The position numbers and the translations under genes were made by a program. Positions 56,133 through 64,000 of a stretch of 64,000 nucleotides of DNA are shown piece after piece. This DNA comes from an uncultured Actinomycetes bacterium. Its GTDB lineage: Bacteria > Actinomycetota > Thermoleophilia > Gaiellales > Gaiellaceae. The notes under the pieces are model-generated. The model was not told where the DNA came from, did not search any database, and saw nothing but the letters and a program-made list of their open reading frames with translations. Position 1 is the first letter of the stretch. Each line of letters begins with the position of its first letter. The DNA lies in NCBI GenBank assembly GCA_963746005.1, contig CAVUZM010000016.1, positions 100,064-164,063 on the forward strand. Direction: 5' to 3'.

Positions 56133-56161
56133 GGGGTGGGTCCGCCGCCCGGGCCCACCCC
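56133..56161 (+). terminator. Strong hairpin after the pilin genes (attenuator/terminator candidate)
   Basis: GGGGTGGGTCCG-CCGCC-CGGGCCCACCCC, a 12-bp stem with one G-T pair, 14 nt after the flp2 stop. Confidence 0.5.
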
Positions 56162-56188
56162 GAGCACCTCGGGGGGAGTTGAGGGGAA

Positions 56189-56581
56189 ATGAAAAAGCGA
56201 ATCGAGTTGAGAACCGAACGGGGCCAGACGATGGTCGAGTTCGCGATCGTCCTTCCGGTCCTGATGCTCATCGTCTTCGCGATCATCCAGTTCGGGATTC
56301 TGTTCAACAACTTTGTCGCATTGACCGACGCGGTTCGAGCCGGCGCACGCACCGCCGCCGTCTCGAGAACCGCAGCCGACCCGGTCGGCGCCACGATCGC
56401 GCGCGTCCAGTCCGCGACCGGCGACCTCGACCAGTCGAAGCTCGGCGTCACCGTCACCTCGGGCTGGCAGCACGGCGACGACGTGACCGTGACCGCGACC
56501 TATCCGTATTCGATCGACCTCTTCGGCGTGATCGTGCAGGCGGGAAACCTCACGAGCAGCACCACGGAACGCGTCGAATGA
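56189..56581 (+). CDS. tadE: TadE-like pseudopilin
   Basis: MKKRIELRTERG|QTMVEFAIVLPVLMLIVFAIIQFG.. (TadE N-terminal motif). 130 aa. Confidence 0.85.
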   Translation: MKKRIELRTERGQTMVEFAIVLPVLMLIVFAIIQFGILFNNFVALTDAVRAGARTAAVSRTAADPVGATIARVQSATGDLDQSKLGVTVTSGWQHGDDVTVTATYPYSIDLFGVIVQAGNLTSSTTERVE

Positions 56582-56650
56582 CCGACGACCCACCGCTCTA
56601 GCTCCAGCTAAGTCCTCAACGACGAATCAAACACGAGGGAGAACAGGACG

Positions 56651-57430
56651 ATGACGTACCGAGTCCGCAATATTGGGATCGCCGTCGCACTCGCAGTCTT
56701 GGCGGCGCTCATGATCAGCTACTACGTGACGAACTACAAACGTCACGTCCAGCACGGGGCCAGCGACGTCAGCGTCCTCGTGGCCACCAAGGACATCCCG
56801 CTCGGCACGTCCGGCGCCGAGGTGGTCAGCGGCCACATGCTGCGCGCGATCAGCGTGACCCGCGACGCCGTCGTTCCGGGCGCGATCTCGAACGGCTCGG
56901 AGGTCGCGAGCCTCGTCGCCGTTCAGACGACGTTCGCCGGCGAGCAGGTGAGCGCCCGGCGCTTCGCTTCGCAGGCCTCCGGGGGCATCCGCGCGTCGAT
57001 CACCGGCCCGGAGCGCGCCGTGCAGATCCCGGGCGACGCGAACCAGTTGCTCTCCGGAACGCTCAAGGCAGGCGACCACATCGACGTGGTCGCCTCGTGG
57101 GAGGTCCCCGAGGGAACGACCCATCACGTGAGCCGGGTCATCCTCCGGAATCTCCTCGTGCTGCGCGCGCCCGACGCGACGGGCATCGACTCGCACGTCT
57201 CGACGGGTCCGAACACGCCGCTCTCGGTCCAGCTCCAGGTCACCGACTCGCAGGCGCCGAAGCTCTACTGGATGGTGCAGAACGGCAACTGGATGTTCGC
57301 GCTGCGTCCGACGATCCACTCGGCCGACCCGGGCAAGAACCTGGAGACCGCAATCACAGAGCTCGGCGCCAACAAGGCCGACGCGCTGAACGACGCCCGG
57401 TCGCTCGGCATCACGGCAGGGGGTCAGTGA
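56651..57430 (+). CDS. cpaB: Flp pilus assembly protein CpaB/RcpC
   Basis: N-terminal TM helix, SAF-like segment (VLVATKDIPLGT..), and a RcpC C-terminal region. Confidence 0.8.
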   Translation: MTYRVRNIGIAVALAVLAALMISYYVTNYKRHVQHGASDVSVLVATKDIPLGTSGAEVVSGHMLRAISVTRDAVVPGAISNGSEVASLVAVQTTFAGEQVSARRFASQASGGIRASITGPERAVQIPGDANQLLSGTLKAGDHIDVVASWEVPEGTTHHVSRVILRNLLVLRAPDATGIDSHVSTGPNTPLSVQLQVTDSQAPKLYWMVQNGNWMFALRPTIHSADPGKNLETAITELGANKADALNDARSLGITAGGQ

Positions 57431-58632
57431 TGAGCGACGCACAGAACACCAGAAACGGCGAGGTCCAGGCCGCCGGCACGCGGGTCTACCTCACCGGCTC
57501 GTGCGACGGGTTCGACACGCTGCGCGAGGCGCTCGCGCAGCAGCCCGACCTCCAGCTCGTCGGTGCGAGCGAGCAGATCCAGGACGGCGCGTCCGCGCTC
57601 GCGGGCGGCCACCTCGACTGTGTCCTGCACGCGACGCGCTCCTCGTCCCTGCCGGTGCACGACCTGGCGCTGATCCGCGAGCACACGCGGGTGCCGGTGC
57701 TGCTCGTCGCCTCCGGCGAGGCCTCGGTCCTGCTCGACGAGTCGCTCGGGGCCGACATCGCAGACGTCGTGCTCCTGCCCGCGCTGACGGAGAACGTCGT
57801 CTTCGCGATCCGCAAGGCGACCCACGCGGGCCGCCGGGCCGCGGCGGCCGGCACGCACGACGGGCGCATCGTCACCGTCTTCTCGCCGAAGGGCGGCACC
57901 GGCAAGACCGTGCTCGCCACGAACCTCGCCTGCGCGTTCGCGAAGGACGAGAAGCGGAAGACGCTCCTGATCGACCTCGACCTGCAGTTCGGGGACGCGG
58001 CGATCATGCTCGGGATCGAGCCGGAGAAGACGATCTTCGACCTCGTCACCGCGCCGGGCGAGCTCGACCCGGAGAAGCTCACGGGCTACATCACGACGCA
58101 CCCGTGCGGGCTCGACATCCTCCCCGCTCCGCTTCACCCGGAGGACGCAGAGCTCGTCACCGAGGCGAAGGTCGCGCGCCTGCTCGAGGTCGCACGCGCC
58201 TCGTACGACGTGATCGTCGTCGACACCTCGCCCTTCTTCCACGGGCCGATGCTGTCGACGCTCGACCGCACCGACGAGCTGCTGCTCCTGTGCGGGCTCG
58301 ACGTGCCGACGCTGAAGAACGTGCGCCTCGCCCTGGGAACGCTCCAGCTGCTCTCGTTCCCGCAGGCGCGGATCCGCGTCGTTCTGAACAGGGCCAACTC
58401 GAAGGTCGGGATGAAGCCGCGCGAGGTCGAGGCCGCGCTCGAGCAGAAGGTGCGCTGGGAGGTCCCCTCGGACCGCTCGGTCCCGGTCGCCGTGAACCGC
58501 GGCGCGCCGGTCGTGATCTCGGACTCGGGGTCCGACTTCGCGAAGGCCGTCCGCGAGATGGCGAAGGGCGTCCTGCCGGTGGAGCAGGAGAAGAAGACCC
58601 GCCGGCTGATGCCGACACTGGCGAAGGCGTAA
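57430..58632 (+). CDS. tadZ: TadZ/CpaE: receiver-like domain plus ParA/MinD-type ATPase
   Basis: VFSPKGGTGKTVLATNLA deviant Walker A and ..VVVDT... The N-terminal ~130 aa are CheY-like. The start shares one base with the cpaB stop (TGATG). Confidence 0.85.
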   Translation: MSDAQNTRNGEVQAAGTRVYLTGSCDGFDTLREALAQQPDLQLVGASEQIQDGASALAGGHLDCVLHATRSSSLPVHDLALIREHTRVPVLLVASGEASVLLDESLGADIADVVLLPALTENVVFAIRKATHAGRRAAAAGTHDGRIVTVFSPKGGTGKTVLATNLACAFAKDEKRKTLLIDLDLQFGDAAIMLGIEPEKTIFDLVTAPGELDPEKLTGYITTHPCGLDILPAPLHPEDAELVTEAKVARLLEVARASYDVIVVDTSPFFHGPMLSTLDRTDELLLLCGLDVPTLKNVRLALGTLQLLSFPQARIRVVLNRANSKVGMKPREVEAALEQKVRWEVPSDRSVPVAVNRGAPVVISDSGSDFAKAVREMAKGVLPVEQEKKTRRLMPTLAKA

Positions 58633-58635
58633 GCC

Positions 58636-60072
58636 ATGGGCCTCCACGACCGTCTCAACCGCTCCGACAACGGCGCCGTCTACGACCTGCCGGTCTCCGG
58701 CGCCGGCGGCTCCCAGCCCGTCGAGGCACCGCCGACCGACCCGTACGCGGAGCTGAAGACGCGCATCCACCACGCGTGCATCGCCGCGCTCGGCGTCGAG
58801 CTCTTCAAGCAGGAGGCGAACGAGGACATCACCGAGCGTGTCCTGCGCACGGTCACCGAGCAGCTCGCGCTCGACCGCACGCCGCTGACGCGCGAGGAGC
58901 GCCGGCAGCTCGTCCGCGAGATCACCGACGACATCCTCGGCTACGGGCCGCTCGAGCCGTTCCTCCGCGACGACAGCGTGACCGAGGTCATGGTCAACGC
59001 GCACGACCGGATCTACGTGGAGCGCAACGGCAAGCTCGAGCGGGCTCCGGCCGCGTTCGCCGACAACGCGCACGTGCTCCGGATCATCGACAAGATCGTG
59101 TCGCAGGTCGGACGCCGCGTCGACGAGTCGTCGCCGATGGTCGACGCCCGCCTCCCGGACGGCAGCCGTGTCAACGCGATCATCCCGCCGCTCGCGCTCC
59201 GCGGGCCGACGCTGACGATCCGGAAGTTCGCCCGCGACCCGTACACGATGAGCGACCTGATCGGCTTCGGCACGATCACGGGCAAGGCGGCGCAGTTCAT
59301 GTCCGCCTGCGTCCGCGGGAAGCTCAACATCCTGATCTCCGGCGGTACCGGCACCGGCAAGACGACGACGCTCAACGCGCTCTCGGCGTTCGTGCCGGGC
59401 GACGAGCGGATCGTCACGATCGAGGACGCCGCCGAGCTCCAGCTCCAGCAGGAGCACGTGATCGTGCTCGAGTCGCGGCCGCCGAACATCGAGGGCCAGG
59501 GCGAGGTGCGGATCCGCGAGCTCGTCCGGAACGCACTGCGCATGCGCCCCGACCGGATCATCGTCGGCGAGGTCCGCGGCGGCGAGACGCTCGACATGCT
59601 CCAGGCCATGAACACGGGCCACGAGGGCTCGCTGACCACGATCCACGCCAACTCGCCCCGCGACGCGCTCTCCCGTCTCGAGACGCTCGTCCTCACCGGC
59701 GGCGTCGACCTGCCGCTGCGCGCGATCCGCGAGCAGATCTCGTCCGCCTTCGACGTCCTGATCCAGATCTCGCGCCTCGTGGACGGCTCGCGCCGTGTCA
59801 CCCACGTGACCGAGGTGCTGCGGATGGAAGCCGACGTGATCGCCCTTCAGGACATCTTCGTCGCGAAACCGCCCGACGAAGAGCGAAACCCAGGCTCCGG
59901 GCACGCGCGGCTGCTCTCGCCGCTCCAGTGCACCGGGCTCAAGCCGCACTTCCTCGAGAAGCTGGCCCGCAACGGCGCGATCCTGCCGCCGAGCTTCTTC
60001 GGCGAAGAGGAGGCGGGCGCCGTGCCGCGCTCCTCCTTCGCGGCGACGAGCTTCGATGGAGCATTCTCGTGA
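58636..60072 (+). CDS. tadA: CpaF/TadA secretion ATPase
   Basis: Walker A GGTGTGKTT, Asp box, Walker B, and His box (..GHEGSLTTIHANS..). 478 aa. Confidence 0.95.
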   Translation: MGLHDRLNRSDNGAVYDLPVSGAGGSQPVEAPPTDPYAELKTRIHHACIAALGVELFKQEANEDITERVLRTVTEQLALDRTPLTREERRQLVREITDDILGYGPLEPFLRDDSVTEVMVNAHDRIYVERNGKLERAPAAFADNAHVLRIIDKIVSQVGRRVDESSPMVDARLPDGSRVNAIIPPLALRGPTLTIRKFARDPYTMSDLIGFGTITGKAAQFMSACVRGKLNILISGGTGTGKTTTLNALSAFVPGDERIVTIEDAAELQLQQEHVIVLESRPPNIEGQGEVRIRELVRNALRMRPDRIIVGEVRGGETLDMLQAMNTGHEGSLTTIHANSPRDALSRLETLVLTGGVDLPLRAIREQISSAFDVLIQISRLVDGSRRVTHVTEVLRMEADVIALQDIFVAKPPDEERNPGSGHARLLSPLQCTGLKPHFLEKLARNGAILPPSFFGEEEAGAVPRSSFAATSFDGAFS

Positions 60073-61922
60073 GGCGGCTCTCCCTCGCCGCCCTCGTCGC
60101 ACTCGCGTTCGCCGCTCCGGCGGCGGGCGCGGTGCAGATTTCGAGCCTCGACACGAGCGCCTACCCGCAGGTGCGCCTGAGCGTGGTCGCCTCGCAGCCC
60201 GTGTCGACGCTCCCGACCCTGACGGAAAACGGGCAGCCCGTCACCGATCTCACGGGGGTCAACCTCAGCAACGGAGCGAGCGTCGTGCTCGCGGTCGACC
60301 GCTCCGAGTCGATGGCCGGGGCCTCGCTCCGGAACGCGACGGCGGCCGCCCAGGCGTTCGTCGACCAGAAGCCGCGCGCAGACCGGATCGCGGTGGTCGC
60401 GTTCGGGAGCCACGCCGTGGCGCTCGGCGGCTTCTCGCCCGCCGCCGCCGACGCCGACGCGGCTCTCCGCGGGGTCAAGGTCGACTCCGTGTCCGGAACC
60501 GCGCTCTACGACGGCGTCGTCGCGGCCGCGGGCCTGCTCGGCAAGAGCGGCCCTGCGGGGCGCGTGATCATCCTGCTCACCGACGGGCACGACGTCTCCA
60601 GCTCGGCGACGCTCGCCGACGCGGTCGCCGCCGCCCGCGCGGCACACGCGGCCGTCTACCCGATCGCGATCGCCTCGCACGACTTCGACCCTGTTCCCCT
60701 CCAGCAGCTCGCGCTGCAAACGAACGGGACGTACCACCGCGCCACCTCGAGCGCCGCCCTGCGCTCCGTGTACGCCTCGATCGCCGACGAGCTCGCCCGC
60801 ACCTGGCAGGTCAGCTACGTCACCGCCGCCCGGCCGGGTGACCAGGTCGCGCTCGTCGCGACCACCCCGGCGGGCACGGCCCGCACCTCGCTCGCGATCC
60901 CGGCCGGCTACGGCAGCGGCCCGCAGGCGAGCCCGTCGGCGCTCCTGCCCTCGCCGCTCTACTCGACCGGCGGCACGATCGCGTTCGCGGTGCTGATCGG
61001 GCTGATCGTGCTCCTGGCAGGCCTGTTCGTGATGGTCGGCGCCCGCGGCAGCTGGGTGAAGACCCGGCTCGCCCCGCACATCGGCGAGCGCGAGCGCCGC
61101 CTCATGCGCCGGAAGGAGCGCCTCTCGCTGCTCGCCTCGCTGTACAAGGCGACCGAGGCCGCGTTCGGAGGCTGGCGGCGCTGGGCGTCGCTCGAGAAGA
61201 AGCTCGAACGGGCCGACGTCCCGCTTCGCCCGGCCGAGTTCATCTGGGCGAGCGTCGGCCTGGGCCTGGCCTTCGGCATCATCGCCGCGATCGTCGGCAT
61301 GTCGGCCCTCCTGATCCTCGGCCTGCTCGTGCTCGGCGGCGCGATCCCGCACATGGTCGTCTCGTTCCGCGTGCGCCGCCGTGCCCGCGCGTTCGAGGAT
61401 CAGCTGCCGGAGATCCTCACCACGATCGCGGCCACGCTGAAGGCGGGGCACTCGTTCAAGCAGGGGATGCAGGCCGTCGTCGACGAGGCCCATCCGCCGG
61501 CGAGCGAGGAGCTCAAGCGCGTCCTCGCCGAGACCGGCCTCGGACGGCCGATGGACGACGCGCTCGAGGACATGGCCGAGCGCACCGGCTCGGAGAACTT
61601 CTCGTTCGCGATCACCGCGGTGACGATCCAGCGGCAGGTCGGCGGCTCGCTCGCCGGGCTGTTCGACATGGTCGCCGACACGGTGCGCCAGCGGCAGCAG
61701 TTCGCGCGCAAGATCCGCGGGCTGACCGCGATGGGCCGGATGTCGGCCTACGTCCTGGTCGGCCTTCCGTTCTTCATCGCGCTGGCGATCACGGTCACGA
61801 ATCCCGGGTACATGTCCCCGCTCTACCACACGGGAGCGGGCCACATGCTGATCGCCGGAGGCCTGCTGATGATGGGCATCGGCGCGCTGATCCTCAACAA
61901 AATCGTCTCCTTCAAGGGGTGA
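60069..61922 (+). CDS. tadB: Fusion protein: signal peptide + vWA domain + TadB (T2SS-F) membrane domain
   Basis: One continuous 617-codon frame from GTG 60069 (GTGA overlap with tadA). Signal peptide LSLAALVALAFAAPAAGA. MIDAS VLAVDRSESM ..LLTDGHD... TM helix, then a TadB-like region (..LPEILTTIAATLKAGHSFKQGM..ITAVTIQRQVGGSL..). Confidence 0.8.
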   Translation: MRRLSLAALVALAFAAPAAGAVQISSLDTSAYPQVRLSVVASQPVSTLPTLTENGQPVTDLTGVNLSNGASVVLAVDRSESMAGASLRNATAAAQAFVDQKPRADRIAVVAFGSHAVALGGFSPAAADADAALRGVKVDSVSGTALYDGVVAAAGLLGKSGPAGRVIILLTDGHDVSSSATLADAVAAARAAHAAVYPIAIASHDFDPVPLQQLALQTNGTYHRATSSAALRSVYASIADELARTWQVSYVTAARPGDQVALVATTPAGTARTSLAIPAGYGSGPQASPSALLPSPLYSTGGTIAFAVLIGLIVLLAGLFVMVGARGSWVKTRLAPHIGERERRLMRRKERLSLLASLYKATEAAFGGWRRWASLEKKLERADVPLRPAEFIWASVGLGLAFGIIAAIVGMSALLILGLLVLGGAIPHMVVSFRVRRRARAFEDQLPEILTTIAATLKAGHSFKQGMQAVVDEAHPPASEELKRVLAETGLGRPMDDALEDMAERTGSENFSFAITAVTIQRQVGGSLAGLFDMVADTVRQRQQFARKIRGLTAMGRMSAYVLVGLPFFIALAITVTNPGYMSPLYHTGAGHMLIAGGLLMMGIGALILNKIVSFKG

Positions 61923-61926
61923 GCAG

Positions 61927-62836
61927 ATGATGCTTCTGATCGCAGCCGTCAGCCTCCTCGCCCTCTCCGGGTTCCTCGTCTCGGAGGTCGTCTCCCTGCC
62001 CGAGCGCCAGCGCCGCACGCTCGTCCGCCGCGCCGCGCACTACGGGGCCGTCCGCGCACAGCCGACCGACCGCGAACGCGCGTCGCTGCGAGAGCGGATG
62101 CTCGTCCCCGCCTCGGGGCGGATCGCACGCCTGATGCTCCGCCTGAACCCGCGCGAGAGCCTCGACACGGTGCAGCAGCGGCTGCTCGCGGCGGGGATGC
62201 ACGACGTCACGCCGAGCGGCTTCCTCGCCGCGAAGGCGATCCTCGCCGGCGCCGGCCTCCTGCTCGGGCTCTTCCTGATGGCGGTCATCGAGCGCCCAGA
62301 CCGGCCTCCTGCTCACGCTCGCGTTCGTGGCGTGCGGCTGGATCGCGCCGGGCTTCATCGTCGGCAGCCGCGCGACGCGCCGCCGGGAGCAGATCGGGCG
62401 GGAGCTGCCCGACGCACTCGACCTGCTCGCGGTCAGCGTCGAGGCCGGCCTCGGCTTCGACGGCGCGATCGCGAAGCTGACCGAGCACATGGAGGGATCG
62501 CTCGTCGACGAGCTGTCGCTCGCGCTCGGCGAGATGCGGGTCGGCGAGTCGCGCACCGAGGCCCTGAAGAAGTTCGCGGGGCGCGTCGACACGCCCGAGG
62601 TCTCGTCGTTCGTCCGCGCGATCATCCAGGCCGACCAGCTCGGCATCTCGCTCGGCAAGATCCTCCGCGTCCAGGCGACCGACAGCCGGCTCAAGCGCCA
62701 GGCAGCCGCCGAGGAGAAGGCGATGAAGGCGCCGATCAAGATGCTGTTCCCGACGGTGATCTTCGTCTTCCCGGCGATGTTCATCGTGATCCTCGGGCCG
62801 GCCTTCATGAGCCTCAAGCAGATGTTCGGGTGGTGA
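61927..62836 (+). pseudogene. tadC: TadC (T2SS-F family), one frameshift
   Basis: MMLLIAAVSLLALSGF.. is in one frame. TGLLLTLAFVACGW..LPDALDLLAVSVEAGLGFDGAI..IIQADQLGISLGKIL.. is in the next. The switch lies near 62293-62299. Confidence 0.8.
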
Positions 62837-62841
62837 CGACG

Positions 62842-64000
62842 ATGCCTCCTGCGACGGAACAGGGTTTCGGCAGCGGGCTTCGCGCTCATGTGAACCGGAA
62901 GCGCGGCGGCGACGAGACGCCGCCCGAGGAGGTCGAGCCCCGCTCCGTCTCCGAGGCGATCGCCGTCGCCGAGCCCCCGCCGTCGAACGCGGGCGCCGAC
63001 CAGCTCCGCGCCGAGCTCGAGGCCTCGCTCGACCGTGAGCGCGCGCTGCGCGAATCGATGAACGCGCAGGACGCCGCAAACGACCGCGAGCTCCAGATCC
63101 AGCAGGAGGCGGCGCACCGCGCGGAGGAGCTCGACGAGCGCGTCGCCCAGCTCGCCGCCGCCGAGGCGACTGTCGCGGCCCGCGAGCGTGCGGCCGCCGA
63201 GCAGCTCGCGGAGGCCGAGGCCGTGCGCGAGCAGGTCGCTGCGACCCACGCCGCCCTCGAGGAGGCGCAGGCGCGAGCGGCCCAGCGCGAGAAGGAGATC
63301 GAGCTGAAGACCGAGGCTCTGAAGGCCGCCGACGAGGCGCGCTCCGGCGCGCTGCAGGAGGTGGCCGAGCGGTCGGCCGCGTCCGCCGAGCGCGAGCTCG
63401 CGCTCGCGAGCGCGGAGGCCGAGCTCGAGAAGCGCGAGGCGAAGCTCGCGGCGGAGCTGAAGAAGGCCGAGGCCGACCTCGCCGCCGGGCTCGAGAAGCG
63501 CGAGGCCGAGCGGCTCGCGGAGGTCGCCGAGCGCGAGCTCGCGGTCAAGCAGGCACAGGCGGACGTCGAGAAGCGCGAGACCGCGCTGAGCGCCGAGTTC
63601 GACAAGCGCGAGGCCAAGCTCAAGCTCGACTTCGAGAAGCGCGAGGCCGCGCTCGCGGTCGCCTCCGAGAAGGTCACCGCGCTCGAGCAGCGCGAGGCCG
63701 ACCTGCGCGCGCTCGAGGAGCGGGCGAAGGCGAGCCTCGCCCAGCAGAGCGCCGGGCTCAGCCGCCTGGCCGAGATCCAGCAGCGCGAGGTCGAGCTGGC
63801 GGCGCGCGAGGCCGAACTCCTCGCGCGCGAGCAGCTCTCGCACAAGCACCTCGTCGCGGTGCCCGACCCCGGCTCGCTCTCCGCCGAGCTCGACCAGCGC
63901 GAGCTCGACCTCGCCGCCCGCGAGGCCGAGGTGCGCCGGGCCGAGGCCAACGTGCGCCGCGCCGAGGCGAACGCGCCCACCGAGGACAACATCGCCGCCG
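62842..64000 (+). CDS. Ala/Glu/Arg-rich coiled-coil protein downstream of tadC (partial, runs off the window; absent from the ORF track)
   Basis: The frame is open from ATG 62842 (6 nt after the tadC stop) to the window end. MPPATEQGFGSGLRAHVNRKRGG.., then continuous heptad/hendecad-like EKREA..L.. repeats. The minus-strand ORFs over this span are mirror artefacts. Confidence 0.65.
   Translation, partial: MPPATEQGFGSGLRAHVNRKRGGDETPPEEVEPRSVSEAIAVAEPPPSNAGADQLRAELEASLDRERALRESMNAQDAANDRELQIQQEAAHRAEELDERVAQLAAAEATVAARERAAAEQLAEAEAVREQVAATHAALEEAQARAAQREKEIELKTEALKAADEARSGALQEVAERSAASAERELALASAEAELEKREAKLAAELKKAEADLAAGLEKREAERLAEVAERELAVKQAQADVEKRETALSAEFDKREAKLKLDFEKREAALAVASEKVTALEQREADLRALEERAKASLAQQSAGLSRLAEIQQREVELAAREAELLAREQLSHKHLVAVPDPGSLSAELDQRELDLAAREAEVRRAEANVRRAEANAPTEDNIAA
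63568..63666 (+). repeat. Three in-phase 33-nt (11-codon) tandem repeats inside the coiled-coil gene
   Basis: EKRETALSAEF / DKREAKLKLDF / EKREAALAVAS. Looser copies (LEKREAKLAAEL, LEKREAERLAEV, LEQREADLRAL, IQQREVELAAR, LDQRELDLAAR) flank them. Confidence 0.7.

Noticed and set aside
57424-60102. 892-aa minus-strand ORF
   Set aside because: It is antisense to the well-supported tadZ and tadA genes. The translation is low-complexity and Arg/Asp/Glu/Leu-rich with no motifs.
57501-61922. 1473-aa plus-strand ORF spanning tadZ to tadB
   Set aside because: Only the last 617 codons (from GTG 60069) give protein-like sequence. Upstream it is an off-frame Arg/Pro/Ala read-through of tadZ and tadA.
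61912-63992. Two long minus-strand ORFs (61912-63849 and 62886-63992)
   Set aside because: They are mirror images of tadC and of the plus-strand coiled-coil gene. GAG/GCC/CGC-rich repeats read as Leu/Arg/Ser/Ala strings on the opposite strand. The plus frame has operon logic (6 nt after tadC) and real heptad/hendecad periodicity.

Overview
A 64 kb stretch of very GC-rich chromosomal DNA. I place it in an actinobacterium (inference) from: NucS, a PPOX/F420-type protein, PspA-PspAA, a secretin-less Gram-positive-style tad/flp locus, many 4-nt start/stop overlaps and apparently leaderless genes. Gene order, left to right:
- a GG-terminated MoaD/ThiS-like protein overlapping clpS, followed by a small low-GC cassette;
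- a large secreted Ig-repeat protein;
- a heavily frame-disrupted lon plus an HxlR regulator;
- MFS transporter, SDR, rsgA, an HdeD-like pair, proline dehydrogenase and typA;
- an IS481-family element sitting exactly on the typA stop codon;
- a diheme cytochrome c;
- a ROK-regulated ABC / GH4 phospho-beta-glucosidase / BadF-kinase operon;
- a convergent ABC / GH4 alpha-galactosidase operon;
- a DeoR-galT-GH2 beta-galactosidase-fuconate-dehydratase-like-AKR operon, then galK;
- an orphan TadG-like vWA protein;
- an intradiol dioxygenase, a MarR-GNAT fusion and tRNA-Ala(CGC);
- two Zn-ADHs, nucS, and a pspA-pspAA-sulfotransferase / htpX neighbourhood;
- a cytochrome c lipoprotein, HAD and serS;
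- an RTX-repeat protein and a DUF192 protein;
- a tad locus (flp1, flp2, tadE, cpaB, tadZ, tadA, vWA-tadB fusion, tadC), followed by a hendecad-repeat coiled-coil gene that runs off the window.

No rRNA genes or CRISPR arrays were seen.

Most interesting:
- The tad locus has vWA modules: a signal peptide-vWA-TadB fusion, plus a distant TadG-vWA orphan. It also has two tandem flp genes missed by the ORF track and a trailing coiled-coil gene.
- A 500-bp low-GC cassette is bracketed by a duplicated clpS 3-prime end.
- The IS481 insertion shares CTAG-derived stop codons with typA.

Caveat: at least 10-12 conserved genes, including serS, htpX and lon, need single-base frame corrections. That points to sequence or assembly error at least as much as to real pseudogenes. 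All function calls rest on motif recognition by eye; no searches were run.
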